Shown here in pieces: positions 1 through 10,011 of a stretch of 32,000 nucleotides of DNA. Both the position numbers and the translations under genes were made by a program. Positions within the stretch are counted from its first letter, which is position 1. Every line of letters begins with the position of its first letter. Source of the stretch: an uncultured Acidobacteriota bacterium (GTDB lineage: Bacteria; Acidobacteriota; Vicinamibacteria; Vicinamibacterales; UBA2999); assembly GCA_963751025.1 (NCBI GenBank), contig CAVVTC010000006.1, forward strand, positions 285,722 to 317,721, in the 5' to 3' direction. Below the pieces are notes generated by a model, which worked only from the letters and a program-made list of their open reading frames with translations, was not told the origin of the DNA and did not search any database.

Positions 1-25
1 GCTGAGTCCAGCCGCAGCGGACGTA

Positions 26-2226
<2,201 letters not shown>

Positions 2227-2245
2227 CGTCCCGTACAATTGTTGC

Positions 2246-3284
2246 TTGACACCCCTTTCCGCCACGAGCCGTGAGCGGCGGCTCGCCTACGTCGCCTGGA
2301 TCACCATCTGCATCGTGTGGGGCAGCACGTATCTCGCGATCCGCGTGGCGCTCGAGTCGATGCCCGTGGCGCTGCTTGCCGGGTTGCGGTGGACGGCGGC
2401 AGGTCTGATCCTGCTGCCGGCCGTGCGCCTCACCGGACAGACGCTGCCCCCGCGCGGACGTGGGGCTCGATCGCGATTGCCGCATTTCTGATGGTCGTGC
2501 TCGGCAACGGCGCGGTGGTGTGGGCCGAGCAATACGTGGCCAGCGGACTGACCGCGGTGATCCTGGCGATCATGCCGTTCTGGAACGTGCTGAGCGAGGC
2601 GCTGTTCAAGGACGGCGAGCGCCCCACCACGCGGACGTTGGTCGGTCTGGCCGTCGGCTTCGCGGGCATCGTGGTACTGGTGTGGCCGGAGCTCTTCACG
2701 CCTGGCCCGAGCAGCACGTGGTTCGTGGCTGGCGTCGTCGCGTTGCAGGTGGCGTGCGCGGGCTGGGCGCTCGGAACCTCCTACACGAAGCGCAGCACGG
2801 TGTCGGCGTCACCGCTGGCGACGTCGGTGCTGCAGATGCTTGCCGCCGGCGCGATGTTCCTGACGATCGCAACCGTGACCGGGGAGTGGAGCCGGTTGAC
2901 GTTCACGACCCGATCGCTGAGCGCATGGCTCTATCTGGTGGTGTTTGGATCGGTGGTCGGGTATTCCGCCTACGTCTATGCGCTGAAGTATCTGCCGGTG
3001 TCCACGGTCTCCCTGTACTCTGTACGTCAATCCGCTCATCGCCGTCGTTCTCGGCACGCCTCCTGCTGTCCGAGCCGTTTTCGAGTCGGACGCTGGTGGC
3101 GTCGGCGCTGGTGTTTGCCGGCATCGCCGTCGTTCGGTCGGCGCCGGCACCGGCGAACGCAAATCGACCCGCCAGGCCGCGTAGCACTGTCCTCGCGATC
3201 GGGCGTCGAATCGCGCAACGTCACGCACCGCCACGCAGCAGAGGTTGGCATACACTTGGCTTCACATGGTCAGCGAGGAGTTGA
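2246..3284 (+). CDS. EamA/DMT-family transporter; two frame breaks as read (~2455 and ~3020)
   Basis: TTG 2246 in the frame of ORF 2039..2491 gives LAYVAWITICIVWGSTYLAIRVALESMPVALLAGLRW. It continues in the frame of 2317..3984 (WGSIAIAAFLMVVLGNGAVVWAEQYVASGLTAVILA ... VVGYSAYVYALKYLPVSTVSLY). It then moves to the frame of 2460..3284 (LLLSEPFSSRTLVASALVFAGIAVV). These are two EamA-like hydrophobic halves. The C-terminal end is uncertain. Confidence 0.8.
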
Positions 3285-3288
3285 CGTC

Positions 3289-3984
3289 ATGAAGCCACGT
3301 GCGTTGGTCGCTGTGACTGTCCTGGGTATCTGGATGATGGGCGTTCCCGCGCTGGCGCAGCAGGGGCGCGACCAGAACAACTCGAACAACAATCGCGACG
3401 GCGATCGCGTCTGCTTCTTCAGGGACGTGCAGTTCGAGGGTCCGTCCTGGTGCTATCGCCCCGGCGACGAGCTCGCCGATCTGCGCGATCGCGGGGACGA
3501 GATTTCCTCGATCCGCGTCTTCGGCCGTGCCCGCGTCATCGTCTACGACCTCGACGAGTTCATGGGGACCGCCGACGAGTTCGACATGGACGTCGCCGAC
3601 CTGCGCCTGCGCAACATGGAAGGCCGGCGCAACTGGAACGATCGCATCGATTCGTTCCAGGTGGTTGGCCCCGGCCGTCGCCGCGGCGGGCAGTACGGCA
3701 ATAGCGATCGCGACAACCGGCCCGCGCGCGATCGCGTCTGCGTTTACGAGCAGGCGAACTACGGCGGCCGCTCGCAGTGCTGGGACGTCGACGACGATGT
3801 GGAGAATTTGAGCGGGCTGGGGTGGAACGATCGCATCAAGTCGATCCGCGTGTTCGGCCGCGCCCGCGTCGAGCTCTATCGCGACTCCAACTATCGCGGC
3901 GGCCGACTCCGGCTCGATCGCGACGCGCCCGACCTTGGCCCGATGAACTGGGGCGATCAGATCTCGTCCTTCCTGGTTCGCTGA
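3289..3984 (+). CDS. Secreted beta-gamma-crystallin-like (peptidase inhibitor I36-like) protein with two tandem domains
   Basis: ATG 3289 is preceded by GAGGAG (3275-3280). Signal peptide MKPRALVAVTVLGIWMMGVPALAQQ. There is an internal duplication: DRVCFFRDVQFEGPSWCY..ISSIRVFGRARVIVYD..WNDRIDSFQV versus DRVCVYEQANYGGRSQCW..IKSIRVFGRARVELYRDSNYRGG..WGDQISSFLV. These are four Greek-key-like strings with a Cys pair in each half. Confidence 0.7.
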   Translation: MKPRALVAVTVLGIWMMGVPALAQQGRDQNNSNNNRDGDRVCFFRDVQFEGPSWCYRPGDELADLRDRGDEISSIRVFGRARVIVYDLDEFMGTADEFDMDVADLRLRNMEGRRNWNDRIDSFQVVGPGRRRGGQYGNSDRDNRPARDRVCVYEQANYGGRSQCWDVDDDVENLSGLGWNDRIKSIRVFGRARVELYRDSNYRGGRLRLDRDAPDLGPMNWGDQISSFLVR

Positions 3985-4196
3985 GTGGCGGCACGGTCCG
4001 TCGCGTTGCGAGAGCACGGCTCTGAGGTCGTGTGACCATCAGGGCCGTGTCTTCTTTTCCGCACGTTGATGTGGAGGTGCCGACGACGACGGATCTGGCT
4101 GGCCACGTCGCAGAACATCGCCGGCCGTTACGACGTTCGCGACCTCCTCATGAGCGCGCTGGGACGTCCCAGCAGGTCATTGCGGTGCGCGATTAG

Positions 4197-5236
4197 TCAC
4201 CACGCGAACTTGAAGATGGGGTTCCCGGGGCGGCTCGGCGGCTCCGAATATCGCGGGTTGCTCTCTTTGTAGCTCTCGGGCACGCTCTTCCAGCTGTCGT
4301 AGATGTTGCCGCCCACGTAGAAACGCGATATCCCGGTCTTGGTCGATTCCGGCTCCGAGGGCGAGGACAGCGAGTAGATCTGTTGCGGTTCGGTCGCACC
4401 GAGCCGGTCGTTCTTCGGCACGTATTCAGGGACCCCATCACCATCGACGTCAGCGCGAATCCAGTCCACCTGCAGTACCGATGGTAGGTCCGATCTGCCA
4501 TCATCCCGCGGAGCTCGGCGTTGAAACGGGCGACGATCGATTCGGCATCGGCACGCCGCCGGCTGACGACAAAATACAGCGGTCGCGTGAGCAGCGCCGT
4601 CGAACCGATCTGCAGCCTCGTACGTGATTCGTTCGGATAGATGCCGACAATGTGATGGACGACGAGCTCGTCGATCAGGGTGTATTCCACCGTGCCTTTG
4701 AGCAACTGCGTGAGGCTGTCTTCCTCGCTGCGCGTGCGCATGAAGACCGGTCCCGCGAGTTCGATCGCGTCGCCGTACGAGTAGCCCTCGACGATCGCCA
4801 CCCGTTTGTCCGCGAGCTCGGTCAGTTTCTTCGCGGAGACATCGGCGCCGCGCCGGCCTACCAGCACGAGGCGGTTCTCGAGATACGGCTGCGAGAACAC
4901 CAGCGCGCGCTCGCGCGCCGAGTCCTTCCACGCCGCCGCGCTGCCGTCGAACTGATCCGAGAGCAGCGAGGACGTGAACTGCGGGGCGCTGACGATCGTC
5001 GTCTTCGCGGTGAGTCCGGTTCGGCCGAGCGCGTCCTCGACCAGGTCGAGCGCAAACCGCGGGAGTCCGGCCGCGTTTGTGAACGGCGCCCAGGCGGTCG
5101 ACACCAGGTTCAGCGGCGCTGCCTGTCGTGAGGCGTCGGGGGAGACCACGCCACACAGGATCAGCGTCGCCACGCTGGTCCAGAGGACGCCGTGTCGGAG
5201 AGGCTTGAGGGGACTCATCTGAAGGAGCCGTTCCAC
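4197..5236 (-). CDS. Periplasmic solute-binding protein (family 3 / polar amino-acid type) with an extra C-terminal tail; one frame break (~4475)
   Basis: ORF 4193..5236 has a signal-like N-terminus and SBP_bac_3-like strings (LNLVSTAWAPFTN, FDGSAAAWKDSARERALVFSQPYLENRLVLVGRR, VAIVEGYSYGD, YTLIDELVVHHI). After ..MADRTYHRY the sequence continues in the frame of 4197..5285 (LQVDWIRADVDGDGVPEYVPKND ... NPIFKFAW, stop at 4197). An alternative start is M at 5218. Confidence 0.7.
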
Positions 5237-5327
5237 CCAAGAGCATGCCGACGTCGCAAGGCGCCGGATATGCGTTTCCCGACATTGAGGGATTGCCCGG
5301 GCGGGCGCGGCGACCCTCCGGCGGGCG

Positions 5328-5333
5328 TATACT
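5328..5333 (+). promoter_or_regulatory. Possible -10 box (TATACT) for the tRNA-Ser gene
   Basis: TATACT lies 10 nt upstream of the mature tRNA 5' end. No convincing -35 box was seen. Confidence 0.25.
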
Positions 5334-5343
5334 GAATGTCCGC

Positions 5344-5438
5344 GGTGAGGTGGCCGAGAGGCTGAAGGCGGCGGTTTGCTAAACCGTTGTAGGGCCTTTA
5401 AAGTCCTACCCAGGGTTCGAATCCCTGCCTCACCGCCA
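5344..5438 (+). tRNA. tRNA-Ser (anticodon GCU), encoded CCA
   Basis: Hand-folded cloverleaf. The acceptor GGTGAGG pairs with CCTCACC, and the D-arm is GCC/GGC. The anticodon stem GCGGT/ACCGT carries loop TTGCTAA, giving anticodon GCT. The long variable arm GTAGGGC..GTCCTAC is typical of class II Ser tRNAs. The T-arm is CAGGG-TTCGAAT-CCCTG, followed by discriminator G and CCA. Confidence 0.93.
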
Positions 5439-5615
5439 GTTTTGCTTTATCGCCACCGCCAAGTATTCGCACCGCCTCGAGCCCTGTTGCGTTCAGCAGA
5501 TCAGGGATCGCCCGAACTCTCTCCTGGTCGCCGGAGCCAGACGCTCAAGCGGCCTGGCAGATTTAGTTGACAGCGCTATTCCGTTCTCAGCGCCACCATC
5601 GAGTGTTGGTACTGT

Positions 5616-6419
5616 TTGCCTCTGACTCAACGACCGGAGAGCCATCGTGCCACTGCGGGCCGGTTCGTCATTGTGACGAGTCCGGCCTTCGCCCTCCTCC
5701 TGACATTGGCGCCCTTCCAATTTACCGGCGCGACCGCTCTTCCTCTGACGAATGACTCCGCGCAGAAACGTGCGCCGCGAACGCTCCTCTTCTCGGGCTA
5801 CGAGTGGACGATCAAGTCGAGCCCGGACCGTGTAGGTCCAGGTCCCAACGTGTTCAGCCGAGACAACGTGACGGTGGACGGCGCTGGACGGCTGCATCTC
5901 CAGATTGCGCGACGCGGGAACACGTGGACGAGCGCTGAAATCGGGTCGCGACGCGTCTTTGGATACGGCACCTTTCGATTCACTGTCGCTGCCGTCCCGC
6001 CCGATCCCCGCGCGGTGCTGGGGCTGTTCACCTGGGATGAAGACGGCTCCGACCGGTACAGGCGTGAGATCGACATTGAGATCAGCCGGTGGGGCAACCC
6101 TGACACGCCGAACGCCCAGTGCATCGTTCAACCTGGCGGTCGACCCGGTAACACCGTGCGGTTCGAGATGCCGGATGGACCGGCCGTGCACGAGTTCACC
6201 TGGAGCCAACGCAGCGTCTCCTGTCTCAGTCGGCTCGTGCAGACGACTGGTGAGCCTTCGATGCCCACGTTTCTCCATCGACGTGAATTGCTGGAATCTC
6301 CGCCCAAGGGCAGTGCGAACGCGCGAATCAACCTGTGGCTGTTCGATGGGCTCACGCCCTCAAACGGGGCAGCTGTGGAAGCCATCGTCGAACGGTTCGA
6401 GTTCGTTCCCGAATCCTGA
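5616..6419 (+). CDS. Secreted GH16-like / concanavalin-A-like glucanase-fold protein
   Basis: Hydrophobic N-terminus (SPAFALLLTLAPFQFTGATA). YGTFRFTVAA..LGLFTWDE..REIDIEISRWG contains an E-x-D-x-E string like the GH16 catalytic motif. The start is uncertain (TTG 5616 or an internal GTG). Confidence 0.6.
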   Translation: MPLTQRPESHRATAGRFVIVTSPAFALLLTLAPFQFTGATALPLTNDSAQKRAPRTLLFSGYEWTIKSSPDRVGPGPNVFSRDNVTVDGAGRLHLQIARRGNTWTSAEIGSRRVFGYGTFRFTVAAVPPDPRAVLGLFTWDEDGSDRYRREIDIEISRWGNPDTPNAQCIVQPGGRPGNTVRFEMPDGPAVHEFTWSQRSVSCLSRLVQTTGEPSMPTFLHRRELLESPPKGSANARINLWLFDGLTPSNGAAVEAIVERFEFVPES

Positions 6420-6421
6420 AC

Positions 6422-7135
6422 CTACCACTCTTCGGCGTGGACGTAGAATGCCCGTGAATCCCAGTTGCTCACGGGCATCCGATGTGTCGTGTGTGCGAGT
6501 CTCCCTGCGCAGATGCGATTGTCGCGCAAGTACGCTGCGATGAGCGGCAGCGCGTCGCGCGTATGGGGCGCCGCGTCGTGCAGCAGGACGACGCCGCCGG
6601 ACTGGGTCGAGCGCACGGCACGCACGATGTCTGTCGCGTGTACCCCCTTCCAGTCGTGGGAGTCAACGGTCCAGACCACGTCCGTCAGACCCACCGCGGA
6701 CAGGCTCCGGCTCACCTCGTCGTTCGACTCTCCGTAAGGCAGACGGACGAACTCGACATTCGCACCGGTGACGTCGCGAATCGCTTGTCGGCTGCGCAAC
6801 AGCTCACTCGTGATCGCGATGCCGGTCTGCTTGGTCAAGTCCGCGTGCGTGTGAGAATGGCTGGCGATCGCGTGTCCCTCAGCGAGGATCCGACGCGCCA
6901 GATCGGGATACCGCTCGACGTTCTCCCCCACCACGAAGAACGTGCCACGGAGCCCTTCTCGTCTCAGTACATCGAGAAGCTCCGACGTCGAAGGGAACGG
7001 ACCATCATCGAACGTCAGTGCGATGACGCCGCCGGGGCACCGCTCCGATGTATGCACTGCGGCAGGCCCGATCATGGCCCACAGTGCGAACGTCCACGCG
7101 ATGCTGCGTATCACCGTGTGTGGGTTCCAACTCAC
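6422..7135 (-). CDS. Polysaccharide deacetylase (CE4, NodB homology domain)
   Basis: IALTFDDGP (TFDDG motif), GTFFVVGENV, HAIASHSHTHADL (H-x-x-x-H zinc motif), RLPYGE and VVLLHD appear in canonical order. The N-terminus is signal-like. The start is GTG at 7135. Confidence 0.85.
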   Translation of the reverse strand: MSWNPHTVIRSIAWTFALWAMIGPAAVHTSERCPGGVIALTFDDGPFPSTSELLDVLRREGLRGTFFVVGENVERYPDLARRILAEGHAIASHSHTHADLTKQTGIAITSELLRSRQAIRDVTGANVEFVRLPYGESNDEVSRSLSAVGLTDVVWTVDSHDWKGVHATDIVRAVRSTQSGGVVLLHDAAPHTRDALPLIAAYLRDNRICAGRLAHTTHRMPVSNWDSRAFYVHAEEW

Positions 7136-7505
7136 TGACGATCTATCGGCCAGTGCCGCCGATAACTTTCTACAACCGTCCGTGGCGCAGCGTTTGCGCG
7201 TTTCTGGGTTCTACCCCTGGCGGGTACTGCTCGAGAATCGCGACTACCTGGTCGCCAGCCAGTTGAGAGTCGCCGTACCGTGCAGCCAGCTCAGCGCGAG
7301 AGAGTAGCACCGGTACGACAGCCCCGGCGGCGATCTCGATCTGCTGCAGGAAGTCTTGGCAGGCGGGTTCGTCCCTGAGTCCCAGCCTCTCCCACGACGG
7401 TTGTAGATTCCGCCTTGCCGGTCACGACGCATCCCAATCCGTCGTATGCTCCGGTTCGGCAAGCCGATCCAAGCAAGGTCCGAATCGAGCGAGCTGGAGG
7501 GGTCC

Positions 7506-8925
7506 ATGGAGGAGACGGTGTCGGCGCAGGCGTTGCGCGAATCCGAAGAGCTTCATCGCATCACGCTGCTCAGCATGTCCGATGCCGTGTTCATCACCGA
7601 CGACAGCGGGGTGTTCACCTTCATCTGCCCGAACGTGGACGTGATCTTCGGTCACAGCCACGAGGACGTTCGGCGCATGGAGCGCATCTCTCGACTGCTT
7701 GGACGAGAGCTGATTCAACCTGGCGAGCTCGCACGCCGGGGAGAAGTGCAGAACATCGAGCACGAGATCGAAACGAAGGACGGACACCACCGGCATCTGT
7801 TGGTACACGTCAAGCCTGTCTCGATCAAGGGCGGGACGATGCTCTATGCATGCCGGGACATCACCGACCGGAAGCGATCCGAACGTGCCCTCAGCCGCAA
7901 CGAGCAGCGCCTGACCCTGGCCCTGGAAGCCGCCAGCGCTGGCACGTGGGATTGGCATGTGCCGACGGGGGAGATGTCCTGGTCGCCAGAGATGCACCGG
8001 ATCTTTCGCGTCGATCACCTGCCCACCTCCTTCGATGCCTTCTTGAATCACGTGCATCCTCTGGACCGAGACCGCGTCGCCCGAACGGTCACCGACGCCA
8101 TGCGAGAGGGCGCGTCGTACGAAACTGAGTTTCGTGTGCTGGGGTCCGGCAATGCCGAGCGATGGGTGATGGCCAAAGGCAGGGGGCTGAGAAACGGAGT
8201 CCCCCTTCGAATGCTCGGCGTGTTCGTCGACTTTACCGAACGCCACCGCGTCGAGGACGAACTCCGCGATCTGAGCGGCCGCCTGATTGATGCGGACGAG
8301 CAGGAACGGCGTCGCCTCGCTCGAGAATTGCATGACGAGATTGGCCAGCGCCTGGCGCTGTTGGCCATGGAGTTTTGGCGCGCTTCGTCAGCGGTTGGGC
8401 GGCGCGTCAGACGACCTGCGTGATGATCTGACGCGGATGGCGTCGGAAATAGCGGCGATCGGTTCGCAGTTGCACGCGTTCTCTCACGACCTGCATCCGG
8501 CACGACTCGAGCAGATTGGTCTCGAAGCCTCGATACGCACCATCTGCCAGGAGATCGCCGCGGCCCGCGGCATGACCATCGATTTCAGTACCGGCGAGGT
8601 GCCCGACGGGCTTCCCCTCCAGATTGCGGTGTGCTTGTACCGCATCGTCCAGGAAGCACTGCACAACGTCGTCAAACACAGCCGCTCCCCGCGAGCCTCG
8701 GTGATTCTCGGTGCGACGCCGGGCGCAATGACGCTTCGTGTATTGGACGAGGGCATCGGGTTCGATCCGCACGACGGACGCAAGAAAGAGACGCTGGGTC
8801 TGGTCAGCATGCGCGAACGCGCCAGGCTGGTGCGCGGTGACTTCGCCGTGACATCAGAAGCTGGCAAAGGAACCACCATCGACGTTCGGGTTCCGCTGAG
8901 CCTGGTCCACGAGCGCGAGTCGTAG
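7506..8925 (+). CDS. PAS-PAS sensor histidine kinase, HisKA_3 (NarL/LuxR-partner) type; one frame break at 8373-8376
   Basis: ATG 7506 has GGAGGG 6 nt upstream; the alternative start is ATG 7446. There are two PAS-like modules (HRITLLSMSDAVFITDDSG..LYACRDITDRKRSE and LTLALEAASAGTWDWHV..LGVFVDFTERHRVE). The H-box is ERRRLARELHDEIGQRL. The HATPase_c region lies in the frame of 8287..8925 (VQEALHNVVKH, LRVLDEGIGFD, GLVSMRERARL). No response regulator gene is adjacent. Confidence 0.85.
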
Positions 8926-8966
8926 GCGCCGACCAGATCCTCGGATAGGTTTGGGCCGGGCGGCCG

Positions 8967-9521
8967 CTACTTCTCCGACACCGGCACGGCCTTGAACCCT
9001 GCGACCTTCAGCCAGCCCGGAATCGATCGGGCGCTGCTGCGATCCTTCTCACGCTCTGATTCCGACAGCTGCGCCCAGTCCACCAGAAGTGGATGGTGCT
9101 TGCGATCGTTGTCGCGCTCCTTCGCGTAGGTCCAGCCGTTCGCGCGGCGGTCCGCACACCATCCCAGGTGCTCGGCCTGCGCCAGGCGGTCGATGTGCGT
9201 CTCGATGGCCGCCGTCAGCGGTTTCACCCATGAATCACCGTCGTTCGGCTGCTGCTCCCTGACCACGAAATCGATGAGCCCGAGAAGATCGGGAACCCGA
9301 CGCGCCGCTGCGCGATTGGATGCTTTCAGATCCTCTGGCAGGTCGTCATAGGCGCGCACCACGGTCGGGTGCGTCTTCCACGCCACTTCAGGCTGCCTGG
9401 ACATTTCGGCGTCCTGAGCCGCTTTCGCAGCGCCATCGAGGTAGCTGCTGTGAACGGCCGCGGCCAATTTCTCGATGTCTGGGTAGTTCTTCAACGTGGA
9501 CATGCTGTCCCGCTCCATCAC
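8967..9521 (-). CDS. RyR (ryanodine-receptor repeat) domain protein with two tandem RyR-like repeats
   Basis: The C-terminal half, AEHLGWCADRRANGWTYAKERDNDRKHHPLLVDWAQLSESEREKDR, fits the bacterial RyR-domain pattern (H..W...GW.Y......K.HP.LV.W..L.E.E..KDR). The N-terminal half is a degenerate copy (THPTVVRAYDDLPEDLKASNRAAARRV). There is no signal peptide or TM segment. Possible starts are 9521 (GTG), 9518 or 9503 (ATG). Confidence 0.7.
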   Translation of the reverse strand: MMERDSMSTLKNYPDIEKLAAAVHSSYLDGAAKAAQDAEMSRQPEVAWKTHPTVVRAYDDLPEDLKASNRAAARRVPDLLGLIDFVVREQQPNDGDSWVKPLTAAIETHIDRLAQAEHLGWCADRRANGWTYAKERDNDRKHHPLLVDWAQLSESEREKDRSSARSIPGWLKVAGFKAVPVSEK

Positions 9522-9643
9522 CGCTCGGAACCTCGCTGCATCATTGGAGCCCGGATCTTGGCAGACGTTGCTCCGCTTGAAAAGGTCGAGTCGGCGTCGC
9601 TCCCTTGACTATCTAGGGAAGAAGATCTATCCTCGCGACTCGA

Positions 9644-9658
9644 CCTAGATTATCTAGG
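9644..9658. promoter_or_regulatory. Candidate PadR operator: perfect 15-bp palindrome CCTAGAT-T-ATCTAGG
   Basis: It lies 15 nt upstream of the padR ATG (9673). The 9-nt string TATCTAGGG recurs at 9610-9618, next to a TTGACT hexamer (9605-9610). A 10-bp inverted repeat GGTCGAGTCG (9584-9593) / CGACTCGACC (9636-9645) brackets the first site. Confidence 0.5.
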
Positions 9659-9672
9659 GTGGACGGCCAGCG

Positions 9673-10011
9673 ATGGAAAAAGAACTGCTGCACGGCACGC
9701 TCGAAGTCCTGATTCTGAAGACCCTCAGTTGGGGCCCGATGCACGGCTTCGGCATCGGCAAGTGGATCGGGCAACTGAGCGGCGACGAACTGCGCATCGA
9801 AGAAGGTTCGCTCTATCCCGCGCTCTATCGGCTCGAGAAAAAGGGGCTGGTCGATGCGGCCTGGGGACTGTCCGACAACGGACGCCGCGCGAAGTTCTAT
9901 CGCCTGACCGCGGAAGGGCGCAGGCAGTTGCTCAAGAACGCCGACATCTGGTCGGGCTTCGCGCAGGCGGTGGCCCGCGTCCTGAGCGCCAAACAGCAGC
10001 CAGTGTCATGA
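9673..10011 (+). CDS. PadR-family transcriptional regulator (Acidobacterial PadR type)
   Basis: LEVLILKTLSWGPMHGFGIGKWI..EEGSLYPALYRLEKKGLV..RRAKFYRLTAEGRRQL is a canonical PadR winged helix. Its stop overlaps the next gene's start (ATGA at 10008-10011). Confidence 0.9.
   Translation: MEKELLHGTLEVLILKTLSWGPMHGFGIGKWIGQLSGDELRIEEGSLYPALYRLEKKGLVDAAWGLSDNGRRAKFYRLTAEGRRQLLKNADIWSGFAQAVARVLSAKQQPVS

Noticed and set aside
3985-4196. Convergent intergenic region with small palindromes (for example GGGACGTCCC at 4161-4170) and the 68-aa ORF 4066..4272
   Set aside because: There is no strong hairpin plus U-tract, no repeat-family match, and the ORF has shadow-like composition and overlaps the tail of the SBP gene. 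Nothing here is supportable.
5439-7445. Genomic island integrated at the tRNA-Ser gene (GH16-like, CE4 and an ORF remnant downstream)
   Set aside because: There is no integrase or recombinase, I could not find a direct repeat of the tRNA 3' end by eye, and the cargo is ordinary carbohydrate-active enzymes. This cannot be excluded without a compositional or comparative analysis.
8373-8376. Programmed ribosomal frameshifting or transcriptional slippage as the cause of the frame breaks
   Set aside because: The breaks occur in many unrelated genes, sometimes many per gene, in both +1 and -1 senses, and at simple homopolymers. I saw no slippery heptamer or downstream structure pattern. Sequencing indels are the simpler explanation.
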